64,000 nt of DNA from an uncultured Methanospirillum sp. (GTDB lineage: Archaea > Halobacteriota > Methanomicrobia > Methanomicrobiales > Methanospirillaceae), in assembly GCA_963668475.1 (NCBI GenBank), contig OY764544.1, forward strand, positions 3,407,986 through 3,471,985. The letters are read 5' to 3'. The notes beneath the pieces are model-generated. The model did not search any database. It was not told the origin of the DNA and saw only the letters and a list, made by a program, of their open reading frames with translations. This document shows, one piece after another, positions 8,644 through 18,521 of the stretch. A program made the translations under genes and the position numbers. The number at the start of each line of letters is the position of its first letter. The first letter of the stretch is position 1.

Positions 8644-10332
8644 ATGAAACCAAGGTTGGCAATAGGAATTTTGCTTGGAATAATCCTTTTAGGATGCATC
8701 GCTGGAGCCTATCCTATAGATTCAACAGTCGTAACAACCCTGAATCGTACTGTAATTCCTGTTGCCGTGCCTCTGGCATCACCTCAGATCCTTCCTGATG
8801 ATGTATCTAACTACTCGGTATATGGATATGGAGTATGGGAGTTTGGCGATGGACTTGGATATGAAAAGAGAACAGACCTGATGCCATCCGGGTACTCGGA
8901 TGTATCGGAGAACGGTTCTGCAAAACTGCTCCGTTTTTTTGACATTACTGATGTTCATATCACTGACAAAGAAACTCCCGCTCAAGGAATCTATTTCGGG
9001 TACAAAGGGGGTCAGTCATCAGGGTATTCACCGGTAATGCTCTCATCCACTCAGGTCCTTGATGCTGCTGTCCAGACCGTGAACGCCTTACATACCACAG
9101 ATCCTTTTGATTTTGGTATCGCTCTCGGTGACGTTGCCAACAACGAACAATACAATGAACTCAGATGGTTCATTGACGTCATGGACGGGAAAAGAATAAA
9201 TCCTGATTCAGGTGTCAAGGATGATCCAGTTCCCGGACCGCTGAATGATTATCAGGATGTGTACCAGGCAGCAGGACTGAACAAGTCGATACCCTGGTAT
9301 GAGGTTCTTGGCAATCACGATCACAACTGGATCGGAACAAACCCTCCTGATGATTACCTGAGATCGAACTATACCGGAGCGTATATCCTGAACATGGGTA
9401 ATATTTTCACCAATCCTCTGGGTATCAAGAGCCGTGGATTCTATATGGGTGCAATCGATGGCAGAACGGTGAATGGAGATATTATCGGAGTTGGAAATGT
9501 ATCTGATTTCAAAACACCTCCAAAAGTGCTGGCTGCCGATCCAAACCGCCGGGTCCTTACGGTTCCTGAATGGATGGGTGAATTTTTCAACACGACTTCT
9601 AATCCAAAAGGTCACGGATTCAACAAATCAGACGCTGAAAATGGTTTTGCATGTTATTCATTCGAACCGAAATCAGACGTTCCGATAAAGGTCATTGTGC
9701 TTGACGATACCCAGAACGCGAATGATACCAATGATGGCGGATATGGACATGGTTCCCTTGATAATGAGCGGTATACCTGGCTTGTACATGAACTGGATCA
9801 GGGTCAGGCTGAAGGTAAACTGATGATTATTGCTGCTCACATCCCGATAGCAACAGACGCGAGTGGTTCTTCCCTTGACGAATATACGGGGTGGAGTTCG
9901 GTTGCTCAGGTATCTGAGCAGCAACTCCTGGATACCCTGCATTCCTATCCAAATCTGATCCTGTGGATTGCAGGACATCGTCATGTCAATGCCATAACTC
10001 CGCAGATATCGCCGGATCCTGACCACCCGGAACTCGGATTCTGGGAGGTTGAAACCTCATCACTCCGTGATTTCCCGCAGCAGTTCAGAACCTTTGATAT
10101 TGTCCGGAACAGCGACAATACGATCTCTATCTTTGCAACCGATGTTGATCCGGCAGTAACAGATGGAACGATTGCTGCAAAGTCACGTTTCTACGCAGTG
10201 GCAGCAGATGAAATATTTAATAATACGCTTACGTATGAGCCAAGCGGGTCGTATAATGCAGAACTGGTCAAACAAGTAACTCCTGACATGCAGGAGAAGA
10301 TTCAGAATCTGGGAAATCCCCTGACCTCATAA
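8644..10332 (+). CDS. Secreted calcineurin-like metallophosphoesterase (resembles the RPA4764/TIGR03768 family)
   Basis: Signal peptide; metal-binding motifs DITDVH, GDVANN, GNHD, HIP and GHRH. Confidence 0.85.
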   Translation: MKPRLAIGILLGIILLGCIAGAYPIDSTVVTTLNRTVIPVAVPLASPQILPDDVSNYSVYGYGVWEFGDGLGYEKRTDLMPSGYSDVSENGSAKLLRFFDITDVHITDKETPAQGIYFGYKGGQSSGYSPVMLSSTQVLDAAVQTVNALHTTDPFDFGIALGDVANNEQYNELRWFIDVMDGKRINPDSGVKDDPVPGPLNDYQDVYQAAGLNKSIPWYEVLGNHDHNWIGTNPPDDYLRSNYTGAYILNMGNIFTNPLGIKSRGFYMGAIDGRTVNGDIIGVGNVSDFKTPPKVLAADPNRRVLTVPEWMGEFFNTTSNPKGHGFNKSDAENGFACYSFEPKSDVPIKVIVLDDTQNANDTNDGGYGHGSLDNERYTWLVHELDQGQAEGKLMIIAAHIPIATDASGSSLDEYTGWSSVAQVSEQQLLDTLHSYPNLILWIAGHRHVNAITPQISPDPDHPELGFWEVETSSLRDFPQQFRTFDIVRNSDNTISIFATDVDPAVTDGTIAAKSRFYAVAADEIFNNTLTYEPSGSYNAELVKQVTPDMQEKIQNLGNPLTS

Positions 10333-10398
10333 TTTTTCTGAAGACTCAACCCGGAAACTCTTTTTTCGAAACATGGACTGTTCTTTCCTGATTTATGG

Positions 10399-10436
10399 TG
10401 GGAGTGTCTGTTTCGTGATCTCCTGGCAGACTCCCA
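10399..10436. terminator. Imperfect GC-rich hairpin between convergent genes, possible terminator or stabiliser
   Basis: TGGGAGT(GT)CTG...CAGACTCCCA lies between the phosphoesterase and esterase-2 stop codons and is followed by a pyrimidine-rich run. Confidence 0.3.
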
Positions 10437-10537
10437 TTCTCTCCCTGTTTTACCGTAGAGTAGAATCATGAATCTCATGTCCAGTTATACGTGAATCAGG
10501 CATGGGGATACAATGAGCATCAAAAAAGGAGTGAGGT

Positions 10538-12064
10538 TTACGACTCACTCTTCACTGCTGGAACTGATCCAATATCCAGATAGGCTTCATCCTGGGTGTA
10601 CTTCGGCCAGGTGATATTCATTCCGCCGTTTGGATCACCGGTCTTTGCAAACCGAGTCCAGAGATCGATCATGTTCTCTCTGACTGAATCGGTTACCGGG
10701 TTTTGAGGTAGCGGGACGTTGAAGATGAGCATGGTCTCACTACCATGGAATGCACCAAAAGGTTGCCCGGGTAGGACATACGAGTACTGGTACCGGTAGG
10801 TGTCAGGGCTGATATTTGCCATGGATTTGGCGACAAACTTTACCGGGTCTGTAAAGTCGTAATCGGTCATGATCTGTTCCAGTCTGAGTTGGACTTCATC
10901 TGTGGAATTCGCAGGATATTTTTCGAGAATCGCACTGGACTCATTCCCAAACCTGCTCTGGATAAAGGTGCTGTACTCCGGAACTGTCATATTGGCACCA
11001 GCTGCAAGGGTGGTTCCGTCATCAGCATTGTTTCCGATGATTAGCGGGATTGGATTCTGACGGTTTTCACGAAACACCGTTTCAGGTGCTTCTGGTAGCA
11101 CCGAGCCGTCGATTGTCGGCTCAAAATGCGGGGTATTTACCATCTTAAACGAAGAAGCCGGCCAGGGTGTTGCATTGGTGATGTCCTGGTAACTCAGGTT
11201 ACGCATCTGCTCTATTGCGTCAGGGCCTGAAAACCCAAGGCTCTTCGCGTATGCGAGTCCAAGTTGCTCAGCATCAGATTTTGTATAGAGGGCATCAATC
11301 TCGGCACCTTTTGTCCAGAAGGTACCGCTCTCCACAATTGCCTGCTGATAAAGCCCTTTGGTCTGTGGATTTGCCAGATGAATAAGAATACTCTCTCCTC
11401 CGGCTGACTGCCCGAATATTGTCACCCTGGATGGATCACCCCCAAACGATCCGATGTTTCTCTGGACCCACTCCAGAGCAGCAATCTGGTCAAGGAGTCC
11501 GTAGTTACCAGAACTGTTCTGTATAGACTCTGCATCCAGTCCTGGGTGAGCAAGGAATCCCAGAGCACCTACCCGGTAATTGGGAGTGACCACAATGACT
11601 CCCTTCTGTGCAAGGGCAGTTCCGTTATACAGTGACATCGAACCTGCTATCTTTCCGAATGCTCCTCCATAGAAAAAGACCATAACCGGAAGTTTTTCGT
11701 CATCAGTCTTCGCCGGGGTCCAGACATTGAGATACAGACAGTCCTCACTCATGGACAGATTCGGATCTGCTGCAATCGGCTGGGGACAGGCAGGTGAAAA
11801 TGCCGTCGTTTCCCTGACACCTTCCCAGGGTGTTACCGGTTCGGGTGGCCTCCAGCGCAGTTCACCAGTCGGGGGAGTCGCGAATGGAATCCCAAGGTAT
11901 ACCCTGAGTCCGTCCTGATCTAATCCGGAGATTAGGCCGGCATCTGTTTTTACTACAATAGATGGCGATTCATTCTGTGATGATCCTGCAGAAATCCCGA
12001 CGATAACCAGGCAGACTATCAGGAAAAAACCAGTTTTCATTTGAGTGTTCATGTTATCCTCCAC
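10538..12064 (-). CDS. Secreted type-B carboxylesterase/lipase (paralog 2)
   Basis: Same motifs as paralog 1 (SEDCLYLNVWTP, FGQSAGG, GAFHGSE) and a shared N-terminus CLVIVGISAGSSQNESPS. Confidence 0.95.
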   Translation of the reverse strand: MEDNMNTQMKTGFFLIVCLVIVGISAGSSQNESPSIVVKTDAGLISGLDQDGLRVYLGIPFATPPTGELRWRPPEPVTPWEGVRETTAFSPACPQPIAADPNLSMSEDCLYLNVWTPAKTDDEKLPVMVFFYGGAFGKIAGSMSLYNGTALAQKGVIVVTPNYRVGALGFLAHPGLDAESIQNSSGNYGLLDQIAALEWVQRNIGSFGGDPSRVTIFGQSAGGESILIHLANPQTKGLYQQAIVESGTFWTKGAEIDALYTKSDAEQLGLAYAKSLGFSGPDAIEQMRNLSYQDITNATPWPASSFKMVNTPHFEPTIDGSVLPEAPETVFRENRQNPIPLIIGNNADDGTTLAAGANMTVPEYSTFIQSRFGNESSAILEKYPANSTDEVQLRLEQIMTDYDFTDPVKFVAKSMANISPDTYRYQYSYVLPGQPFGAFHGSETMLIFNVPLPQNPVTDSVRENMIDLWTRFAKTGDPNGGMNITWPKYTQDEAYLDIGSVPAVKSES

Positions 12065-12289
12065 TTTTTCCCGTCTGTAATAGGTCTATCCTTCTCTGAA
12101 ATGGATAGATTCATGAGAAACATCGGGACCTCAATACATTTTTGCCAGAAACCAGAGCACTTTTGATATCTATCCGGGTATGAACGATTAAGGCTTTGTA
12201 ATGAAACTATTGGGAAATTTTTCAATTATCGGAGAAATCAGGAATATATATTATAACTCTCTGTACATTATCGGCGATTATGAGTGAAA

Positions 12290-12311
12290 GTTTTGCCTAA
12301 TCTGGCAAAAC
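12290..12311. promoter_or_regulatory. Perfect 8-bp inverted repeat, candidate operator
   Basis: GTTTTGCC-TAATCT-GGCAAAAC in the divergent region between esterase 2 and the META gene. Confidence 0.4.
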
Positions 12312-12441
12312 CCATGTTTCGATGTATGGGAGAAGTCAACAATTCAATTTCAAATGGAACAACTGAACGATTATAAAGTCAGATAAATACTATGTGGGAT
12401 TTAAAAAACTATATCTAATAATCCGATACCAAGTACCATCT

Positions 12442-13014
12442 ATGAGAAAACTTCTCATTTCAATGGGCATCTTTATGGTTCTTCTTCTCCTGGTGGCTGG
12501 GTGTACCAGTCAGACAGAAACAAAACCTGTTGCAACCCAGCCCACAGCAACTCCGGTCACTATAACCACGCCAAACCAGACCGGAATAACTCCGGCACCG
12601 GTCAAGGCTGCTAGTTCAGATCCTTCTCTCATTGGAACATGGTACCTTAAACTCATGTCTGATCAAAATGGGACTGCTCTGGTTCAGACGATAAATCCGG
12701 AGACAACAGTCATTTTTGAGGATAATGTAAATCTTTCAGGGTATTCAGGCTGTAATAATTATGTTGGAAGTTATGTTCTGACTGGAAAATCAGATCTCAA
12801 TGGAAATGGCATAACCATTGGCCCTCTTGCTTCAACAAAGAAGTACTGTCAGGATGGTGCTTCAACCGAAACAACCTATCTGCAGATCCTTGAAGGTGCG
12901 ACCTCGTACCTGGTAAATGAAAATAAGGAGTTATCCATCACTGACAATGCTCAAAATACCCTTGTATACCAGAGGACCCCATATAGTCCGACATCGGTGC
13001 CAATCGGCTCCTAA
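12442..13014 (+). CDS. META/HslJ-domain lipoprotein
   Basis: Lipobox-like LVAGC, Thr/Pro-rich linker, then the META pattern GTW.L...SGYSGCNNY.GSY...IGPLASTKKYC...ETTYLQIL. Confidence 0.85.
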   Translation: MRKLLISMGIFMVLLLLVAGCTSQTETKPVATQPTATPVTITTPNQTGITPAPVKAASSDPSLIGTWYLKLMSDQNGTALVQTINPETTVIFEDNVNLSGYSGCNNYVGSYVLTGKSDLNGNGITIGPLASTKKYCQDGASTETTYLQILEGATSYLVNENKELSITDNAQNTLVYQRTPYSPTSVPIGS

Positions 13015-13426
13015 TCTTTTTTGAGATTTGACTGTTTCTTCCTGATTGGACTCCTGATAATTATAAATACAGGGGACCTTTTGGGACAAGAAGTGTGTGT
13101 CGCGATATCCTTGTAAAATCGCGATAGAAGTGTGTATTTCATCCCGGGATGCCTGATCAGCGATTCTGATGAGTACAGTAAAACATGACAAACCCCGGCA
13201 TACGTGTGACGAACCCGGATTTTTTCTTGTATGGGAGTCCCCCTTCTATCAAAAAATGTATTACCCATCTACATTTTTATCCTGGATGTGGTCCATATAA
13301 TCGGGTAAATACCTTATAATCTCAATAACCCTGACAAATAACCAAAAATCATTCTATGAGCCGGGTTATTTCGGTATTCCTGATCATTTCCAAACGTTTA
13401 TCGTTACATCGGGACAATTCACCATC

Positions 13427-13846
13427 ATGCGCTTTTGTGCAATCATTACATGCCTCCTTCTGTGTGGCTGCTTTGGAATATCCCTTGCCTGTGCCGAATC
13501 TACCGGGTACCCGGATCTGGTCGGGACCTGGACCGGTGTATCGTCCGGTTATTATGCGAAGATGGATCTGCTCTTCAATGAAAGCCAGGGGTTGCCATAC
13601 ACCATGACAATTTCTGAACAACAGGGCCCGGTGTTCAAGGGATTCCTGAATGCAACCGGTGAAAAATTCCAGGCCAATTACACGTTTTCAGGCATCATCG
13701 ATCATGATATGACCACCCTCTATCTGGCAGAGAAGGGAACCGGGATGGACATCGTTCATATCATCTCACCAAATGAGATTGAGTTCGTCGGCCTGGGACT
13801 GGAAGATAGTTCAACCGCATTAATCAATTTCATCAAAAAAGAATAA
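13427..13846 (+). CDS. Secreted hypothetical protein, paralog of 40702..41115
   Basis: Signal peptide; PDLVG.WTG, FSG.I.HDM.TL..AE.GTG.D and SP shared with the second copy. Confidence 0.75.
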   Translation: MRFCAIITCLLLCGCFGISLACAESTGYPDLVGTWTGVSSGYYAKMDLLFNESQGLPYTMTISEQQGPVFKGFLNATGEKFQANYTFSGIIDHDMTTLYLAEKGTGMDIVHIISPNEIEFVGLGLEDSSTALINFIKKE

Positions 13847-14034
13847 CGCATTAATTTTTTGAAGTTAACAGGGTCGAAAACCCTGAAACCCATTTTTTCT
13901 GTGTTCTGGACGATTCACACATAGTTAAGATCAGGTGAATGGTGTTCCCAAACCGGAAATGTACCCGGATATCTGAGGAACCCCGCCACATGATCCCGGC
14001 TCATTCAGGAATCTCAGGATTTTGGGGTCTCTCG

Positions 14035-14466
14035 TCACTTTACAACGAGAGTCTTGCAGGATGTAGTCCTGATGACCTGTTCTGCAACACTTCCGAGGAG
14101 AAGCCGCTCGAATCCTCGTTTTGCATTCGTACCGATAACAATAAGGTCAACACCCTTCTCCTCTGCAAATCTGACGATCTCAACCTCCGGTTTACCCTCA
14201 AGAACAACGTTCTCAACAGATACCCCTTCAGAGAGTGTATGAACAATTGCAAGTGCATCTTCAGCCAGTTTCTGGATAGCAACCTGAAGATCCACCATGA
14301 TGACATCCGTCGGTGTGGAATTATACCGGTGGATATCCTTCACATACACCGCAAAAATCGTAGCTCCACATACCCGTGCGATCCTTATGCCCTCTTCGAT
14401 TGCGGTTTTATTCCTGTCTGAACCGTCTATTGCTATCAGAATCTTCTCATATAACTGGCTGGTCAT
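14035..14466 (-). CDS. Universal stress protein (UspA family)
   Basis: KILIAIDGS at the N-terminus, G.PE.EIV.FAEE..VDLIVIGT and LLGSVAEQVIR...C..LVVK. Confidence 0.95.
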   Translation of the reverse strand: MTSQLYEKILIAIDGSDRNKTAIEEGIRIARVCGATIFAVYVKDIHRYNSTPTDVIMVDLQVAIQKLAEDALAIVHTLSEGVSVENVVLEGKPEVEIVRFAEEKGVDLIVIGTNAKRGFERLLLGSVAEQVIRTTSCKTLVVK

Positions 14467-14700
14467 GGATACTACTTCTCCTCTGTCTTTGTTGATGCTT
14501 TTAACCTGCTCTCCATATAGATGTTGTGGATTGGTGTTTAGAACCGTGGTGGTTTCTCTTCCATGTGATGTGAAAGCCTGACTTTGACAATTTGTGGTCG
14601 GTACTATTGGTGACAGTGTTGGTTACCAATACCCGTTAATTCACGTTCAATAACTGGATATTGACGAAATGTAATCGACTTTTAAAATGTACGGCCGATA

Positions 14701-17700
14701 TTATCCCTTCGTAAACGATCCTGACGGGACCCTTATCTCAAACCGTGCTCCACTTCCCGGAATCCCGGTCTCCTGAATCTCAATTCCGGTAAGCGACAGT
14801 ATCTCCCTGACCAGAAACAATCCATGTCCGGTATTCTTCCCGTATCCTCTCTCGAAAATCTGTCCTTTCTCTTCAATTGGTATGCCGACCCCGTTATCCT
14901 CCCATACAACCGTGAGGTCATGGTCATCCTGCCTGGTATAAACCCGGATCTCTGATACATGCTCCCCGTGTCTCACAGAATTCTCCAGGAGGTTATAGAA
15001 AACCCGTTCAAACATAGGATCTACGAAGATGGAATATTCCAGTCCATTCTCCTGGAATTTGACAGATTGAGGGATCGATGTTCTCGGAAGGATCGTCACT
15101 AATTGCAACCACTGGGGCTTTTGAGATCCGAGGTTTTCATACACTCGTGAAAATTCGATCTGTGATTGGATCTCCCTGATCCCGTCGATCATCTTCTGTA
15201 TATAATTCTGTATCTCCGGATTTGTGGACTCCATCTCCACGAGTCTCAGATATCCGTAGAATGATGAGATCTTATTGAGGATATCATGTCTGGTGATACT
15301 TGTCAACAGACTAAGCTGGCGGTTCGCTTTCAGAATTGCATCCTCAATATTCTTCTGATCAGTGATATCCTGATTTGCGCCGAGTGTTTTTATGATTTTT
15401 CCCTCTTCATTGTAGATCAGACGAACACGAACCGAGATATGGCGTACCTCTCCATCTCTCCGGATTATCCGGTGTTCATGGTGAGCGACACAATTTGGAT
15501 CCGGCGTGCTAAAGGTCTTCTTTACCTCTTCGAGAATCCTTGGAATATCAGCAGGATGAACAAATTCTCTGACATATCTCTCAGGGTTCATACGATATCC
15601 ACCTTCACGCTCCGCTGTGGTTCCATATAATGCATAAAACCGATCGTTAAACACAAAAATCTGTGAAGAAATGTCAAAGTGCCAACTCACAAGGTTTGCC
15701 ATATCCATGGTATCAGCAAGGAGCCTTTCATTATTGATGAGGTTCTGTTCGATACGTGATCGCTCAATATCTGCTCCTGCTTTTACCGCGATGATGTCAA
15801 TTATCTCCTTTATGGGAATATTCTGACTCATTGCGATCCGGGAGAGGATACCGAGAGTCCCAACAGTCTTCCCTTCTGAATCTTTGATCAATGCACCGAT
15901 AAAGCTCTGAAAATGATGGTCTACAATAAAATTACATTCTGGAAAATGGGAAGAGAGATTATCGTGATATATCGTAAATCCGTTATTTATCACATACTCA
16001 CACGGAGATCCTTTCAGGGGATGTGTACAACTGCGACCTCTCTCTCCATCAAGAATCATGGATAGAACATGAATGTGCTCTTTATCCGGCGTTACCTCAC
16101 CGATAAGAACACAATCTGCAGAAAGCCAGGAACTGATACTCTCGGTAATATGGTACAGGGAGTCTTTCCCTGTTGAGCCGACAATTCCTCTGACCATCGC
16201 TTTCATTGCAGACTCTGTTGCCTTCTGGTCAGTAACATCCTCAATTGAGGCGAGGACTTGAGGCCTGTTGTGGATGTAAAAAAGGCTTAAATTAATCTGG
16301 CAATCCCTTTCCTCTCCACTTTTTGTCCGGAAATGAACATCCATCCCTTTGACAACTTTATTTTTTCTTATGTCTGATGTGAGGCGTTCAAATTCTGTCT
16401 CGTTAGCAAAGATCCCAAGATCCCCGGGTGTCTTTCCAATCACCTCATCCCTGGTATATCCGCTACTTTGAAGAAACGCACCATTCACATCTGTAAACTC
16501 ACCTGTTGCTGCTGATAGAAGTGTCAGAGGAACCGGATTATTCTGAAAAATTGTGACGAATTTCTCCTCAGACTCTTTTAGATCCAGTTGTGCTCTCTTT
16601 GTGTGGGTTATATCACGCATTGAGACCTGAACACCTGTCATCTCCCCGTTTTGAATTACCGGTACTGCGTGGAGATTAACAAATATCAGGCTTCCATCCT
16701 TTTTCTGTACCTGGATCTCCATGTTTTCGACGACATTGCGGTTCATCGTCTTTTTGACTGAGTCTGATATGTCAGGAACACTATGAGAAAAAATATTACT
16801 CAAAGCAAAATCCGGTGTCTTTCCGATCAGTTCTTCAGGATCATACCCGGTAATCGATCGGGATGAGGGGGAGACATAGATAGGACTCAACTCATTGTTA
16901 AGAACAATAATCAGATCTGAAGACCGTTCTGCCATCCCACGGAAGCGATTCTCACTCTCCTGAAGTGCATCTGCCATTCGTCTTTCTTCTGTAATATCCC
17001 GTGCAAGTGACCCAAACCGGTATCCTTTTTCGGTTTTAATCGGAAATATCGTTCTTCTGGTTAAAATTTTTGTCCCGTCTGCACGCTTAAATTCAAAAAT
17101 ATCTGAATCCTTGAAGATAGGTTCGCCGGTTTTCAGGGAGTTTTGGATGGCCTGTTTAATATCTGAAGGTGATGATGCAGTTATGAAACCTGAAATCCCA
17201 TAAATGAAGGGGAAGTCCCAGATCTTCCTCCCGAGAGCCTCTCCTTTAGGAATTCCTGTGATCTTTTCTGAACTTACATTCCACTCTACTATCGTCCCTT
17301 CTTCGTCGATAATGGAGACTGCTTCACTCGTTGCTTCAATAAAAGAACGAATCCTTGTCTCACTTTCATGGAGGGCTCTCACGTACTGATTTTTTTCAGT
17401 ATCATCGATAGTAATGCCACGAAACCCAATGACTGAACCGTTAGGACTTATCAGGGGATAGGATCTGCAATTAAGGATTCGAATATTTCCATCTTTATGG
17501 ATAGCAGGAACATCAAACGTTACCAGGCCAGGCTTTCTATTGCTAGCATTTTCTAACATGCCCTGGATAAAACTATGACTTTTAGGAGGCAACAATCTGG
17601 AAAACTGCTCTCCGATCAACTCCTCGGGGGTATATCCAATAACATCAGTGCTTCTTGGGCTGACGTAAGAAAAAACTCCATTCAGATCTATCTCCCAGAT

Positions 17701-18243
17701 TACATCTGGTGAGGTCTCAATAATCCCCCTGAATTTGGCTTCACTCTCCTCTAATGCTTCTTTTGTTCTGACCAACTCGTTTAACTGTGCTCTTTGCTCA
17801 TCCTCAGCCTTTTTTCTCCGTACCGCCTGCTTTATCTTGTGTGATAACTCCGCAAACTGTGGTGCGGGATCTCCTCCTTTCTGAAGATAAAAGTCAGCCC
17901 CGTTATTTATCGCCTCAATGACAACCTCTTCACGCCCCCTCCCGGTGAAAAGGATGAACGGGATATCTCCATACTGTTCTCTGACTGCTTTGAGAAACGT
18001 GATCCCATCCATTCCCGGCATCTGGTAATCAGAGACGATAGCATCGTACAATGATCCCAGAGATGAGTTCAGAGCTTTCTCAGGAGAGTTCTGAGTCTCA
18101 ACCTTAAATCCTCCGGACCGCTCCAAAAAAATTTTACCAAGCGTAAGGAGATCAGGTTCGTCATCAACATAGAGAAGTGAGATCAGATTATCGGTATTAT
18201 CACCCGATTCAGATTTATTCGCATTGGAATTTAGTAATACCAT
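14701..18243 (-). CDS. Cytoplasmic hybrid sensor kinase: REC, four PAS, GAF, PAS, HisKA and HATPase
   Basis: REC motifs YVDDE, SDYQMPGMDG, FTGRG and QKG; five PAS/PAC repeats; GAF with LKGSPCEYV; H-box ITRHDILN; N-box LLENSVRHG; DNGVGIP; GHGLFL. Confidence 0.92.
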   Translation of the reverse strand: MVLLNSNANKSESGDNTDNLISLLYVDDEPDLLTLGKIFLERSGGFKVETQNSPEKALNSSLGSLYDAIVSDYQMPGMDGITFLKAVREQYGDIPFILFTGRGREEVVIEAINNGADFYLQKGGDPAPQFAELSHKIKQAVRRKKAEDEQRAQLNELVRTKEALEESEAKFRGIIETSPDVIWEIDLNGVFSYVSPRSTDVIGYTPEELIGEQFSRLLPPKSHSFIQGMLENASNRKPGLVTFDVPAIHKDGNIRILNCRSYPLISPNGSVIGFRGITIDDTEKNQYVRALHESETRIRSFIEATSEAVSIIDEEGTIVEWNVSSEKITGIPKGEALGRKIWDFPFIYGISGFITASSPSDIKQAIQNSLKTGEPIFKDSDIFEFKRADGTKILTRRTIFPIKTEKGYRFGSLARDITEERRMADALQESENRFRGMAERSSDLIIVLNNELSPIYVSPSSRSITGYDPEELIGKTPDFALSNIFSHSVPDISDSVKKTMNRNVVENMEIQVQKKDGSLIFVNLHAVPVIQNGEMTGVQVSMRDITHTKRAQLDLKESEEKFVTIFQNNPVPLTLLSAATGEFTDVNGAFLQSSGYTRDEVIGKTPGDLGIFANETEFERLTSDIRKNKVVKGMDVHFRTKSGEERDCQINLSLFYIHNRPQVLASIEDVTDQKATESAMKAMVRGIVGSTGKDSLYHITESISSWLSADCVLIGEVTPDKEHIHVLSMILDGERGRSCTHPLKGSPCEYVINNGFTIYHDNLSSHFPECNFIVDHHFQSFIGALIKDSEGKTVGTLGILSRIAMSQNIPIKEIIDIIAVKAGADIERSRIEQNLINNERLLADTMDMANLVSWHFDISSQIFVFNDRFYALYGTTAEREGGYRMNPERYVREFVHPADIPRILEEVKKTFSTPDPNCVAHHEHRIIRRDGEVRHISVRVRLIYNEEGKIIKTLGANQDITDQKNIEDAILKANRQLSLLTSITRHDILNKISSFYGYLRLVEMESTNPEIQNYIQKMIDGIREIQSQIEFSRVYENLGSQKPQWLQLVTILPRTSIPQSVKFQENGLEYSIFVDPMFERVFYNLLENSVRHGEHVSEIRVYTRQDDHDLTVVWEDNGVGIPIEEKGQIFERGYGKNTGHGLFLVREILSLTGIEIQETGIPGSGARFEIRVPSGSFTKG

Positions 18244-18450
18244 CCCTTCTCTACTCCATTGTATCGAGGTACAAATCTATAATAAATATTCTCGAATGAT
18301 AAGAGATAGGAATAATACTGCTTAAAGGTTATGGCACACCGATTTAGGCGGTCAATGTATGATACTGATTATTTCGCATCTTCTCTGATGAAAGCATATA
18401 TTTTGTCTCAATAAGGATGGATGGGCTATCGTTCATGAAGGATACTTATC

Positions 18451-18521
18451 TTTTGCATGAAAAAGTCCTTTTCACCGGTCCTACCTGGGGCCCCCAACGG
18501 GGCACCGTTGGGGTTTTCTTG
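18451..18521 (+). repeat. 71-bp dispersed hairpin repeat, copy 1
   Basis: Matches the reverse complement of 31054..31124 with 2 mismatches. Contains CCCCAACGG-GGCA-CCGTTGGGG followed by a T-rich tail. Confidence 0.95.

Noticed and set aside
14605-14631. TATTGGTGAC-N7-GTTACCAATA hairpin between the kinase and uspA
   Set aside because: It is a single imperfect copy with no T tail on the coding strand, so it cannot be assigned as terminator or operator.
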